This document shows positions 41,227 to 51,770 of a stretch of 64,000 nucleotides of DNA, in pieces. The stretch covers positions 32,001-96,000 of the forward strand of contig JBFXJJ010000006.1 of assembly GCA_050175015.1 (NCBI GenBank), in the 5' to 3' direction. Each line of letters opens with the position of its first letter. The first letter of the stretch is position 1. The stretch comes from Alphaproteobacteria bacterium. Its GTDB lineage: Bacteria; Pseudomonadota; Alphaproteobacteria; JBFXJJ01. Position numbers and translations under genes: made by a program. The notes under the pieces are model-generated. The model had not been told where the DNA came from. It was given only the letters and a program-made list of their open reading frames with translations, and ran no database searches.

Positions 41227-42564
41227 TTACACTTTTTTATCTTTTAGATTTTGCTTAGTTGCACGATAAGATACCGCCCATTTATCATAATTTTTTTGAT
41301 CAGATCTTGATAATGCTAAATCATTTTCTGCAACATTCTTTGTTATAACGGAACCTGCGCCCGTCATTGCACCATCACCAATCACAACGGGAGCTACCAT
41401 ACAAGTATTAGAACCAATAAAGACATTTTTACCAATATCTGTAAATGATTTAAAATAACCATCATAGTTGCAAGTTATCGTCCCTGCCCCAATGTTAGTT
41501 TTTTCTCCAACTCTGGCATCACCAATATAGGAAAGATGATTAACCTTAGCTCCATTTTCAATAGTTGCCTTTTTTATCTCAACGAAATTGCCGATATGAA
41601 CATTCTCACCAATTTTGGCTTGAGGTCTAAGTCTTGCAAAAGGTCCAATAATAGCTCCTTTTTCAACCACAGCCCCTTCAAGATGAGAAAACGCTTTTAT
41701 GGTTACATTATCTTTAACCTCAACTCCATTCGCAAATACGACAAACGGCTCTATGACTACATCTTTGCCAAGCTTAGTATCAAAACTAAACGTAACGGTT
41801 TCAGGATTAATTAGAGTTGCGCCATTTTCCATTGCTTTGCGGCGAAGTTTAGCTTGAATCCGCTGTTCCATACGAGCCAAATCAACTCTAGAATTAACGC
41901 CTTCGGTTTCTTCTTCTGGAGCCTCAACAACTTTGCAGATAAGCCCTTTGCTATTTGCTATTTGCACGATGTCCGTAAGATAATATTCGCCTTGATTATT
42001 ATCATTTTTAACCTGTGCTAAAAGATCAAATAATTTTTCACCATCAATGCACATTACCCCAGAATTACAAAGACGAATTTGCCTTTGCTCCTCACTGGCA
42101 TCTTTAAATTCAACAATAGCTTCAAGTTCATTATTTTGAACAATCAAACGACCATATTGAGCAGGATTAACGGGTCTAAAACCAAGAACGACAACCGAAG
42201 CGCCTTCTTCTCTGATTTTAATCATTTTTGCCATAGTCTCAGAAGTAATAAATGGTGAATCTCCAAAGAGAACCAAAACATTGCCTTTAAAACTCTGCAA
42301 TTCGTCTTTAGCCATCAAAACAGCGTGTCCTGTTCCCAAACGTTCTTTTTGAAATACCGTTGTTGCAGGTTTAAACTGTTCTGTTAAAGCATTCATTTCT
42401 GGTGAAATTACAACAACTTTTTTTGCAACCTCAATTTTATCAAGACTTTCAATAAGCCAGTTAATTATAGGACGTCCTGCTATATGGTGCATTACTTTGG
42501 GAAGAGCTGACTTCATTCTTGTTCCCATACCTGCGCCTAGTATAATTGCTGCGGTTTGATTCAT
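41227..42564 (-). CDS. glmU: Bifunctional GlmU
   Basis: GAGMGTRMKS.LPKV, EYYLTD, hexapeptide repeats, GTITCNYDG. Confidence 0.99.
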   Translation of the reverse strand: MNQTAAIILGAGMGTRMKSALPKVMHHIAGRPIINWLIESLDKIEVAKKVVVISPEMNALTEQFKPATTVFQKERLGTGHAVLMAKDELQSFKGNVLVLFGDSPFITSETMAKMIKIREEGASVVVLGFRPVNPAQYGRLIVQNNELEAIVEFKDASEEQRQIRLCNSGVMCIDGEKLFDLLAQVKNDNNQGEYYLTDIVQIANSKGLICKVVEAPEEETEGVNSRVDLARMEQRIQAKLRRKAMENGATLINPETVTFSFDTKLGKDVVIEPFVVFANGVEVKDNVTIKAFSHLEGAVVEKGAIIGPFARLRPQAKIGENVHIGNFVEIKKATIENGAKVNHLSYIGDARVGEKTNIGAGTITCNYDGYFKSFTDIGKNVFIGSNTCMVAPVVIGDGAMTGAGSVITKNVAENDLALSRSDQKNYDKWAVSYRATKQNLKDKKV

Positions 42565-42690
42565 TTATTATCCTTAAAACTTTTCTAAATAAAATACTTG
42601 CAAATAATTTTATATAACATACCTTTGTATTTTAAACTTATATAGAAGAAAACATTTTTTTAAATTCAAATTTTGTTGCAACAGGTTTCA

Positions 42691-43359
42691 ATGACAAAAA
42701 ATATCGCTTTAATTTTCGACTTAGACGGAACTTTAATTGACAGCGTTTTTGATATTGCTCTGGAAATTTCTAAACTTTTAAACGAAGAAGGCTTACCATC
42801 AATCACAGCCAATGACGCTAAAAATATGGTTGGAGAAGGCGCTAAAATTTTTGTAAAAAGAGCTTTTGAAAAATCTGGGCATATCATTTCCGAATATAAG
42901 TTAGAAGAATACTTTGAACGCTATATGCACTATTACCGCAACTCAGAAGTAACAAATACCGTTCTTTATGACGGTGTCAGTGAGACGTTATCTAACCTTA
43001 GAAAAAAAGGTTATAAAACAGCAATTTGCACAAACAAGCCACAAATTCCAACAGAAAAAGTTTTAAATAATTTAAAAATTAAAAACTTGTTTGATGTGGT
43101 TTTGACAGCGGAAAGCACGCCTTTAATGAAACCAGATCCTATGCCTCTTCTTGAAGCACAAAAACTTTTGAACTGTGAAAAAGCGGTTATGATAGGCGAC
43201 AGCCCTCCCGATTTAAGAGCTGGCAAAGCCGCTGAAATACCTGTTATTTTAATGACTTATGGCTATTCCCGCATTCCTTACAGCGAACTAGAAGCCGATG
43301 TTTTGCTTGATGATTTTAAAAAATTAGAAGGCGTAATTAATGAAAAATATCCTAATTAG
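42691..43359 (+). CDS. HAD phosphatase (phosphoglycolate phosphatase-like)
   Basis: FDLDGTLIDS, CTNKP, KPDP, IGDS. Confidence 0.9.
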   Translation: MTKNIALIFDLDGTLIDSVFDIALEISKLLNEEGLPSITANDAKNMVGEGAKIFVKRAFEKSGHIISEYKLEEYFERYMHYYRNSEVTNTVLYDGVSETLSNLRKKGYKTAICTNKPQIPTEKVLNNLKIKNLFDVVLTAESTPLMKPDPMPLLEAQKLLNCEKAVMIGDSPPDLRAGKAAEIPVILMTYGYSRIPYSELEADVLLDDFKKLEGVINEKYPN

Positions 43360-44008
43360 TGATGACTTCAGTAAACTTGGCTTAAATGTTAGTTTAGGCT
43401 GCATTGAAGCTGACGTTGCCTGTGGTAAAGATGACATTCAAATCACAAAGCTTATACAAGCAGAAGCCGCTAGAATAAGCTCCAAATACAGCACCGACAG
43501 CATCAAAGATATTCCAACTATAAATGCTACCAGAAAAGCTTATAAAGCAATCGGGAAAGACCCCAGCCGCTACCGTTCATCGGCAGAAGCTCTACACAAA
43601 AGAATAGTTCAAGGCAAAGACTTATATCGCATTAATAATCTGGTCGACGCTGGCAATTTAATCTCAATGCACACAGGCCTTTCGCTTGGAGCTTATGATA
43701 ACAGCCAAATTAACGGCGATGTTATCTTTAGAATTGGTATCAAAGATGAAACTTATAAAGGAATTGGCAGGGATTATTTTAACTTAGAAGGACTATCAGT
43801 TTTTGCAGACAGTATGGGCGCATTTGGCAATCCTACGGGAGATTCTGAAAGAACAATGATAACCGATGCCACCAATCGGCTTTTGATGATACTTATTGCT
43901 TATGATATTGATGACAACAGCTTAAACGAAGCTATGACTTTTGCTAAAAAGGTTTTAACAAGCACCTGCTCTGCCCAAAATATTGAACAATTGATTGTAA
44001 AAAAATAA
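43340..44008 (+). CDS. Stand-alone B3/B4 (PheT-like) domain protein
   Basis: RKAYKAIGKDPSRYRSSAEAL.KR, INNLVDAGNLISM, DSERT. Confidence 0.85.
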   Translation: MKNILISDDFSKLGLNVSLGCIEADVACGKDDIQITKLIQAEAARISSKYSTDSIKDIPTINATRKAYKAIGKDPSRYRSSAEALHKRIVQGKDLYRINNLVDAGNLISMHTGLSLGAYDNSQINGDVIFRIGIKDETYKGIGRDYFNLEGLSVFADSMGAFGNPTGDSERTMITDATNRLLMILIAYDIDDNSLNEAMTFAKKVLTSTCSAQNIEQLIVKK

Positions 44009-44064
44009 AATACCCCAAGAAAATATTAATTAACTTAAATGCTGCCCCAAATAAGAGAAAAGAA

Positions 44065-45279
44065 ATGGAACTCGTATGTAATATTGACAGGTTAAACAAT
44101 CGTCTTACAGAACTCGGAACAAAGGGAGCGCTTCCGATAAAAGGTGTTAGCCGTCTTGCTTTTAGTAATGATGACAAGCTCGGTAGAGACTTAGTTGTTT
44201 CCTATATGAAAGAGTTAAATCTTAACATCACAATCGATCAAATTGGCAATGTCATTGGAACAAGAAAAGGCAAAAAGGATTTGCCGCCAGTTCTGATGGG
44301 TTCACATATTGATACGGTGGCAACAGGTGGACTTTATGATGGCTGTCTTGGGGTCTTGGCTGGGATTGAAGTAATAAACGTTCTTAATGAACATAATATC
44401 ACAACAAAAAGACCAGTTGCGGTTGGATTTTTCAGCAACGAAGAAGGCTGTGCGGTTCAACCTGATATGATGGGAAGTATGGTTCATCAAGGGCATCTAT
44501 CACTTGAAGAAAATCTTTCTAAAAAAGATACCAACGGTGAAACTATTGCCGAACGATTAGAAAAAATATGTTATGCAGGCTCTACTCCAGTAAATACTTT
44601 AAAGCCTTTTGCTTTTTTAGAAATTCATATTGAACAAGGACCTATTCTTGATAAAAATCAGATTCAGATTGGAGCCGTTACAGGAGTTCAAGGAATTTCG
44701 TGGCAGGAATTAACCATCAAAGGCATATCTAATCATGCAGGAACAACGCCTATGAATTACCGTAATGATGCAGGTCTTGCTGCGGCAAAAATTCTTTGTT
44801 ATGCCAATTCTTTAGCTGTAAATGGTCAATTAGCAACCATTGGCGTTATGCGTTTTAAGCCTAACCTTATTAATGTTATTCCTGAAGAAGTTGTTATGAC
44901 CGTTGATTTAAGAAATCCAAACGAAGAAAAACTGCAACAAGCCGAAAACGAGTTAAAGAACTTTGTTAAAAACCTTGCTAAAGAACATAATTTAACCATA
45001 ACGTCTAAACAAGTTGCCAGATTTCTTCCCGTTGCTTTTAATGATGAACTTATAACTAAAATTGAGCAAAAAGCTAAAGATTCCAATCTTTCTGTTCAAA
45101 GAATTGTAGCTGGTGCAGGTCATGATGCTCAATCATTTGCACCTAATTGTCCAACGGCTATGATTTTTATTCCTAATAAAGACGGTATTAGCCATAATAT
45201 CGAAGAATACGCTTCGCCTAAAGATATTGAGAATGGTGTAAATGTTCTATTATCATTAGTGTCTGATTTAGCTATGTGA
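44065..45279 (+). CDS. M20 Zn amidohydrolase (allantoate/N-carbamoyl-amino acid hydrolase family)
   Basis: GSHIDTV..GG.YDG, NEEG, EIHIEQGP, NHAGTTPM, GAGHDA, SHN. Confidence 0.92.
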   Translation: MELVCNIDRLNNRLTELGTKGALPIKGVSRLAFSNDDKLGRDLVVSYMKELNLNITIDQIGNVIGTRKGKKDLPPVLMGSHIDTVATGGLYDGCLGVLAGIEVINVLNEHNITTKRPVAVGFFSNEEGCAVQPDMMGSMVHQGHLSLEENLSKKDTNGETIAERLEKICYAGSTPVNTLKPFAFLEIHIEQGPILDKNQIQIGAVTGVQGISWQELTIKGISNHAGTTPMNYRNDAGLAAAKILCYANSLAVNGQLATIGVMRFKPNLINVIPEEVVMTVDLRNPNEEKLQQAENELKNFVKNLAKEHNLTITSKQVARFLPVAFNDELITKIEQKAKDSNLSVQRIVAGAGHDAQSFAPNCPTAMIFIPNKDGISHNIEEYASPKDIENGVNVLLSLVSDLAM

Positions 45280-45285
45280 TTTCTT

Positions 45286-45330
45286 TAGAGCATCGGAAAC
45301 TTTCTTTTACAAATAGCTTTTGACACTCTA
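45286..45330. repeat. Short TAGAG...CTCTA inverted-repeat element
   Basis: TAGAGCATC...GACACTCTA; right end coincides with the TAG stop of the transporter gene. Confidence 0.35.
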
Positions 45331-46725
45331 AAGCATTTCCAAAGTCAAAACTAAGAGTGATAATCCAAGCGTTATGGGCGTTACTAAAAAGCCATATTTT
45401 ACAAATTCTAAAAAAGACAAATGAAGATCTCTGCCCTTTAACAAATTTACCCACATAATACCAGCTAAAGCGCCGATTGGAGTGATATTAGCGCCAAGGT
45501 TAGAGCCTATAGTCGTGGCTAAGACCGCTGGTAATTCCAACGTTGCTGAAACTTTGGCAATAATAGGAACATACGCCACTGTCATTGGAATATTGTTAAT
45601 CACATTCGCTGATAATGCTGAAAAGAAGCCAAAAATAAAAACTGTAGCGGAACTTGATTCTTTAACTAGCCCCGCAAAAATGCTGCCAATGCTATCTGTA
45701 ACACCGTAAATTTTTAGCGCCTCAATCATTACAAACAAGGACAGCAAAAAAGGCACAACCGTCCACGGCATACGTTTTAATGTAGCGGGCAGAACACAAA
45801 TTTTGCTGTCTGTTATGGCTATTTTCCTTCGTGCAACAACCATAAAATCTAAGCAAATCAGTATGAGCAAAAGGATTAAGGCAAACCCTAAGGACACGAG
45901 CCACATATCAATATGATAATATGGGGCTAGCGATAAAAATATAATACATAATACTAATAAACCTAGACCTAGAAACATACCCGTCTTATCGGTAATTGCC
46001 TGACTTGGATTAACATCAGATGTAAGCTCTAGTGGTTTATTAATGCTTTTATAAAAAAGCATATAAAGCAGAAACATATTAGCTAAACCTGCCATAATTG
46101 TCGGCAGCAGCATCAGTTTAGTATATTCCAAAAATTTAAGATTATACGCACTGGCTAAAAGAATATTGGTTGGGTTGCCGATATAAAGCATCATACTCCA
46201 AGTATTAGCGGCAAAAAACTCCGCAATTAAATACGGCTTAGGATCAATCTTAGCCTCTTTAGTAAAATAATAAATAAAAGGAGTAAACGTTAAGATGATA
46301 ATGTCATTTGAAGTAAAAACTGTTAAAACCGATACCGCAAAGTATAAGAAAAAAAACAGTTTTTTACCATTATTGCCAGCCCGTTTTAAAGCTAGCCTAG
46401 CACAAAACTCAAAAAATCCGGTAATATCTAAGAAAATACTCATAAAAACCATTGATAAAAACAGAGCTAGAATGCCAAGTGGTTTTAATGATGAGGTTCC
46501 TTCAAGTCCGATTAGAGCCTGATTAAAATTAATTAAACCAGACAGCAATAAAATAACAGGCGCAAGTAAAATTCCCATAAAATAGGTTTCAAGAGAAAAC
46601 CTTCTCTTGCCTATTCTAATATAGAGATATGGACGCCTTAAAATGAAATAAATAGTCAAAGCGCAGGAAATAAAAAATATTCCCTGCACTAAAAAACAAT
46701 GATTATGCCACAAATTAACGGACAT
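45328..46725 (-). CDS. ArsB/NhaD-family (IT superfamily) anion permease
   Basis: FTSNDIIILTFTP, IGNPTNI, INNIPM, GSNLGANITPIGALAG. Confidence 0.85.
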   Translation of the reverse strand: MSVNLWHNHCFLVQGIFFISCALTIYFILRRPYLYIRIGKRRFSLETYFMGILLAPVILLLSGLINFNQALIGLEGTSSLKPLGILALFLSMVFMSIFLDITGFFEFCARLALKRAGNNGKKLFFFLYFAVSVLTVFTSNDIIILTFTPFIYYFTKEAKIDPKPYLIAEFFAANTWSMMLYIGNPTNILLASAYNLKFLEYTKLMLLPTIMAGLANMFLLYMLFYKSINKPLELTSDVNPSQAITDKTGMFLGLGLLVLCIIFLSLAPYYHIDMWLVSLGFALILLLILICLDFMVVARRKIAITDSKICVLPATLKRMPWTVVPFLLSLFVMIEALKIYGVTDSIGSIFAGLVKESSSATVFIFGFFSALSANVINNIPMTVAYVPIIAKVSATLELPAVLATTIGSNLGANITPIGALAGIMWVNLLKGRDLHLSFLEFVKYGFLVTPITLGLSLLVLTLEML

Positions 46726-46756
46726 ATTTTAATAACTTCTTTTTTTACTCTAAATA

Positions 46757-48034
46757 TTAACCAGCTGGTTCAAACTCACCAATATTGGCAAGCATATCTG
46801 GCGTAACCAGCGTAACACCTTTTTCTGTAACATAGAAACGCTTCTTGTCAAGTTCTGGATCTTCACCAATTACAAGTCCTCTTGGCACAATACAGCGTTC
46901 GCTTAAAATTGCTTTTCTAATTCGGCAGTGGCGATTAATCTCACAACCAGGAAGAACAACACTATCCTCAACTAAAGAAAAAGAGTGGGTATGAACATCA
47001 GAAAAAAGCAGTGAACGTCTAATAGTCGAACCTGAAACAATACACCCAGCAGAGACAAGAGACTGAACAGCGTAACCCGTTCTTAGCTTGCTTTCAAACA
47101 CAAACTTAGCAGCGGGTCTTTGCTCTTGGAATGTCCAAACTGGCCAATGCTGATCGTATAAATCTAAATCAGGAACCACATAAGTTAAATCCATATTAGC
47201 TGCCCAATATGCATCAAGAGTTCCAACATCTCGCCAATAAGCCTCATCAGTTTTATTATAAACACAACTATCCGTAAACCTATGAGCTATCATTTTTGCT
47301 TTTCCAATTAACGACGGCAGGATATCCTTACCAAAATCGTGAGATGAATTAGGGTTATTGGCATCTTTTATCAACTCATTAATTAAAAAATCGGTATTAA
47401 AAATATAAATACCCATACTTGCAAAAGATTTGTTTGGCCTGTCTGGTATGGTTGGCGGATTTTTTGGTTTTTCAACAAAGCTAATAATGCGGTCTTCATT
47501 ATCAACTCCGACAACACCAAAACCGCAAGCATCTTCTTTAGGAACCTCAAGACAAGAAATACTAATATCCGCCCCTTTTTCAAGATGGCTGGCAAGCATT
47601 ACGGAATAATCCTGTTTGTAAATATGATCTCCAGCCAGAATCACAATATACTTAGGGTTATGTTCTTTGATAACTTCTAAATTTTGATAGACAGCATCAG
47701 CGGTACCACGATACCACAAAGCTTCATCAATTTGCTGCTGAGCTGGCCACAACTCAACAAACTCATTAAGTTCAGAGTTTAAGAAACTCCAACCCCTTTG
47801 AATATGTTTAATTAAACTATGAGCTTTGTATTGGGTCAAAACAGCAATACGCCTAATTCCCGAATTCATACAGTTAGACAATGGAAAATCGACAATTCGA
47901 AACTTTCCCCCAAAATGAACCGCAGGTTTTGACTGATTATCCGTTAACTGTTTAAGTCTTGAACCTCTGCCGCCTGCTAGAACTAATGCTAACGTTTCTT
48001 TCCTTGCTTTAGCAAGACTCCTAATTTGTGCCAT
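46757..48034 (-). CDS. glgC: Glucose-1-phosphate adenylyltransferase
   Basis: LAGGRGSRL, KPAVHFGG, WYRGTADA, YWRDVGT. Confidence 0.98.
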   Translation of the reverse strand: MAQIRSLAKARKETLALVLAGGRGSRLKQLTDNQSKPAVHFGGKFRIVDFPLSNCMNSGIRRIAVLTQYKAHSLIKHIQRGWSFLNSELNEFVELWPAQQQIDEALWYRGTADAVYQNLEVIKEHNPKYIVILAGDHIYKQDYSVMLASHLEKGADISISCLEVPKEDACGFGVVGVDNEDRIISFVEKPKNPPTIPDRPNKSFASMGIYIFNTDFLINELIKDANNPNSSHDFGKDILPSLIGKAKMIAHRFTDSCVYNKTDEAYWRDVGTLDAYWAANMDLTYVVPDLDLYDQHWPVWTFQEQRPAAKFVFESKLRTGYAVQSLVSAGCIVSGSTIRRSLLFSDVHTHSFSLVEDSVVLPGCEINRHCRIRKAILSERCIVPRGLVIGEDPELDKKRFYVTEKGVTLVTPDMLANIGEFEPAG

Positions 48035-48193
48035 AGTTTCCCCTAGAATAAGAATGAATGATTTTTAAAAAAGACATTAAATGATAACACGCTATTTTAT
48101 ATTTTACAATTATTGTTAAGTTTTGATTTAATCCTTGCTTAATAACTCGTATAAAATTATCATAATATATCTATTTTTAAGGAAATAACTTAA

Positions 48194-48679
48194 ATGGCAC
48201 ACGCTATTGAAAATAAAATTAGAGAATTGGGTCTAGCACTGCCCGAACCTCCTGTTTCTGTTGCCAGTTATGAACCATATAGTATAACTGGAAAGCTCGT
48301 ATTTATTTCTGGTCAGCTTCCTATAATTAATGGGCAAGCAAAATTTAAAGGGAAAGTCGGAAAACCTTTGACTATTGAGGAAGGTGCTTTAGCCGCTAAA
48401 CTCTGCACTTTAAATATGTTGGCACATCTGCAAAACGCTTGCCGTACTATCTACCCTAAACAAGGGCTTAACAGCGTGACTAAAGTTGTAAAGATTGAAG
48501 GTTATGTTAACTCTATGCCTGGTTTTGAAGATCAACCTAAAATCATAAACGGCGCTTCAGACTTAATTGTTTCTATTTTTGGTAAAAAAATTGGCTCTCA
48601 TAGCAGGATAGCTGTTGGAGTTACATCTCTGCCTTTAGATATGCCAGTTGAAATTTCTGGAATTTTTGAGATTGAGTAA
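48194..48679 (+). CDS. RidA family protein
   Basis: FISGQLP, NGASDL, HSRIAVGVTSLP..PVEI. Confidence 0.9.
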   Translation: MAHAIENKIRELGLALPEPPVSVASYEPYSITGKLVFISGQLPIINGQAKFKGKVGKPLTIEEGALAAKLCTLNMLAHLQNACRTIYPKQGLNSVTKVVKIEGYVNSMPGFEDQPKIINGASDLIVSIFGKKIGSHSRIAVGVTSLPLDMPVEISGIFEIE

Positions 48680-50847
48680 TGGCATTTAAGCTAAAATCTT
48701 TTATATTTATGGTCTTATTTTTTTTGGTTTTTATTGCCAAAACTTCTAACAGCCAAAATTTTAAGGAATTTGGCGTTCCTGAATTATCAATCCCTACTTA
48801 TGATGATGAGCAAAACAAACAAACAACTGATGATGAAGAAAAAAATCAGGAGCAAGCAAATTCTGACACAGACGAAACATCTATAAAGGCCTCTGATAAC
48901 CAAGAAAAATCAGCTAACTCTTCTGAACAAAAAGACAATCAAGATGCAGAAAATTCTTCAGATGAAGAAACTGAACCTGAAGAACTTACAATATATCTTC
49001 CCCCAAACAACACCGAAACTAGCATTCCCAATTTTGAACACGTCCCATATTTTTTCAGTAATATTCAGCTTCTCCCTGATGGCTCGGCACAAGTAACTGA
49101 AACCATTAAATTTGTGGTCAAGGGCAATATTATAAAAAATGGCATTAGCAGGCTATTTCCTAAAATAACCTATAATAGAATGAATCAACCAATTAAAGGC
49201 GATATTGAAATCGTTGCTGTTTATCTCGATGGCGTTGAGGAACCTTTCAAAATAAAAAAAACCAAACAAGGACTGCTGCTTATTACTGGGAATTCTAAAA
49301 CTCCTTTAAAAAACGGAGTTCATACCTACGAGATATCTTATGCTGCTTATCGCCAAATCAGTATGTACAACAAATTTGATGAATTTTTTTGGAATGTAAC
49401 TGGGGCAAATTGGAATTTGGGAATATCTAGAGTGGGGGCAAGAATTCAGCTTCCTATGGGCGCCCGTATGCTAAACCGTAAAGCTTTCGTCGTTCTAAAA
49501 GACAAAGAAACTAACGATTATATTGCCTTTAATGACAGTGAAAACAATGTAATATTTGGTACAACCAAAGCTCTTGGAATAGGTGAAGGCTTTGTTGTCT
49601 TAGTATCTTGGCCAAAAGGATTTGTCTTCGAACCCGATATTAATCAAAAGATAACCTACTTCTTAAAAGACAATGGAGATGCGGTAATAAGTTTCTGCGG
49701 TTTTATTATAATATTTTTCTCTTATTTTATGTCTTGGCTTTTCTTTAAGCAAAAAAACAAACCTAAAAATTTAAAAGTTACCAAAAAGCTACCTCAAAAC
49801 ATCAATTCTGCTATCTTAAGATTTTTAGCCAACGGTTATTTTGATGCTAAGAGCTTTGTTACTTGCCTTCTTTTTATGGCACATAAAAATTGCTTAATAA
49901 TAGAAGAAAAAGAAGAAAAAACTTTCAGTCTCATTAAACGTGGAGAAAAAAACAGACTGCTGTCAAAAAGTGAGTTAACTTTACTAGAAATCTTATTTCC
50001 AAACAAAAAAACCATTTTAGAAATAAACAACAAAAATGCTCTTTTAGTTAGAAATGCAATGACTGAATTGTTTTCTTCTTTTCAAAATGAAAACAAAAAA
50101 CTAATCTTTGAGCAAAACAAATCCTACCTTTTCTTAAGCCTTTCAATGTTTATGATTGCTTTTTCAGCAATATCAATATTGTCAATTCAACCTCTTTATA
50201 CTTTTATTATATCACTATCTCTAAGCTTCCTAACATTAGTAACATCTTTTTTGCTTTTTTCTCTTTTCCCGATTTTCTTGCACAATAATGATGACTCCCT
50301 TAAAAATAGGAAATCTAGCATTGATGACATTCTAACTACAAACAAAGATCATCTTATTAAAAAAATTATTCTTTTTATCACGATGATAATTTTTGGACTT
50401 GGCAGTTATGTTGGAGCTTTGCTTTATATGGAGTCAACTTCTTTGCTCGCCACCTTATTCTTTGTCTTAACATCTTTTACGATAAGCTTTTTCTACGGCC
50501 TCTTTAAAAATAAAGACGTCCTAGGAACAACGTTAACCAATACCATTCTAGGATACGGCAAATATCTGAAAAATGATGGTAACGTTACCCCTCCTCTAAC
50601 CAAAGATATTGCATCTAAAAATATAAATTTATTCAATATCCATCTACCTTGTGCCGTAGCTCTTGATGATGAAGAGATATGGTGTAAAAAGTTTATGCCT
50701 AAAAATGACGTTGATTTTAAAGACTTGAGCTACAAACCTAGCTGGTATTCTGGTACGAAACAATTCAACTTAGAAGGTCTTGATAAAGATTTATCTAATT
50801 TGATTCTAGACTTAACCAAAAATATTTCCATAATTTCAGGCATTTAG
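48679..50847 (+). CDS. DUF2207 (YciQ-like) membrane protein
   Basis: DGSAQVTETI, NGISR, DEFFWNVTG.NW, VSWPKG, LP.AVALD, PSWY. Confidence 0.75.
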   Translation: MAFKLKSFIFMVLFFLVFIAKTSNSQNFKEFGVPELSIPTYDDEQNKQTTDDEEKNQEQANSDTDETSIKASDNQEKSANSSEQKDNQDAENSSDEETEPEELTIYLPPNNTETSIPNFEHVPYFFSNIQLLPDGSAQVTETIKFVVKGNIIKNGISRLFPKITYNRMNQPIKGDIEIVAVYLDGVEEPFKIKKTKQGLLLITGNSKTPLKNGVHTYEISYAAYRQISMYNKFDEFFWNVTGANWNLGISRVGARIQLPMGARMLNRKAFVVLKDKETNDYIAFNDSENNVIFGTTKALGIGEGFVVLVSWPKGFVFEPDINQKITYFLKDNGDAVISFCGFIIIFFSYFMSWLFFKQKNKPKNLKVTKKLPQNINSAILRFLANGYFDAKSFVTCLLFMAHKNCLIIEEKEEKTFSLIKRGEKNRLLSKSELTLLEILFPNKKTILEINNKNALLVRNAMTELFSSFQNENKKLIFEQNKSYLFLSLSMFMIAFSAISILSIQPLYTFIISLSLSFLTLVTSFLLFSLFPIFLHNNDDSLKNRKSSIDDILTTNKDHLIKKIILFITMIIFGLGSYVGALLYMESTSLLATLFFVLTSFTISFFYGLFKNKDVLGTTLTNTILGYGKYLKNDGNVTPPLTKDIASKNINLFNIHLPCAVALDDEEIWCKKFMPKNDVDFKDLSYKPSWYSGTKQFNLEGLDKDLSNLILDLTKNISIISGI

Positions 50848-50907
50848 ATTTCACTTTAAAATCTAAAGCTTTGTTGCTTACTTGCCTATAATTTTTGATT
50901 AATAACG

Positions 50908-51696
50908 TTAGCTCTCGCAGCCTTGCAATTTTTGTTTAACATTAAAAACATATATCGTCAAAATAGCAATTTGAGCTAAAAGAACAGCATTAAACAATGT
51001 TGATACAAGAACTATACCGACCATACCTAAATTAAGCATAATAATCATAAGATAAAATTTAGGGATTAAAAGATAGACTATTGTCAGCCCCAAATTAAAA
51101 AATATGCCTAATGTTATGTTAAAGAAATTATGTGAAGTATATTTTATTGATTCTAAAAAACCTAAATACTTAGGGTTGCCGCTTTCAATAAAAAATGGAG
51201 CCAGCATCATTCTTATAACATAAATAGGACCAAAGAAAGGTATCATTGATAAAATAAAAACACTTAATTCTATCAATGTGTGGTGATTAGCTTCTCGGTT
51301 TAAAAGAACATAAAATGAAAAAATAGGCATCAAAAAAAGGATAACCAAAATTAGGACTGTTCCTATTTCTTTGAAAAAACGCTTGGCTCTAATATCAGGA
51401 ACCTTATTTTCAGTTAAAATTCTAATTAGCAGAACAACAAATGAAATCACAAAGAAAATCTGCACCGTAATAGCAGACAACCTCATCGTTAAATCGTCAG
51501 AACAATTAAAAAACCGATCTCTTACATTAGGAAAAGCACAAGGGTAAGGATAACGGAAAATAAAATCGACCGCAGTAACAGCAAATAACCAAAACCAAGC
51601 CTGAACACATATTTTTTTAAAATTATTTTTAAAATCAAGATGAGTTTTTTTGGTCGTTTCCCATAATGGGACTTTTTTAATGGCTTTTTCACTCAT
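50908..51696 (-). CDS. Hypothetical multi-pass membrane protein
   Basis: About six hydrophobic segments; RBS AGGAG. Confidence 0.6.
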   Translation of the reverse strand: MSEKAIKKVPLWETTKKTHLDFKNNFKKICVQAWFWLFAVTAVDFIFRYPYPCAFPNVRDRFFNCSDDLTMRLSAITVQIFFVISFVVLLIRILTENKVPDIRAKRFFKEIGTVLILVILFLMPIFSFYVLLNREANHHTLIELSVFILSMIPFFGPIYVIRMMLAPFFIESGNPKYLGFLESIKYTSHNFFNITLGIFFNLGLTIVYLLIPKFYLMIIMLNLGMVGIVLVSTLFNAVLLAQIAILTIYVFNVKQKLQGCES

Positions 51697-51770
51697 TAAA
51701 AATGCTCCTTTTTTTAAGGTATTTTTAAATCATCGGAATCTATAATAACAGAAAGTTTTAAAAAGGTATA

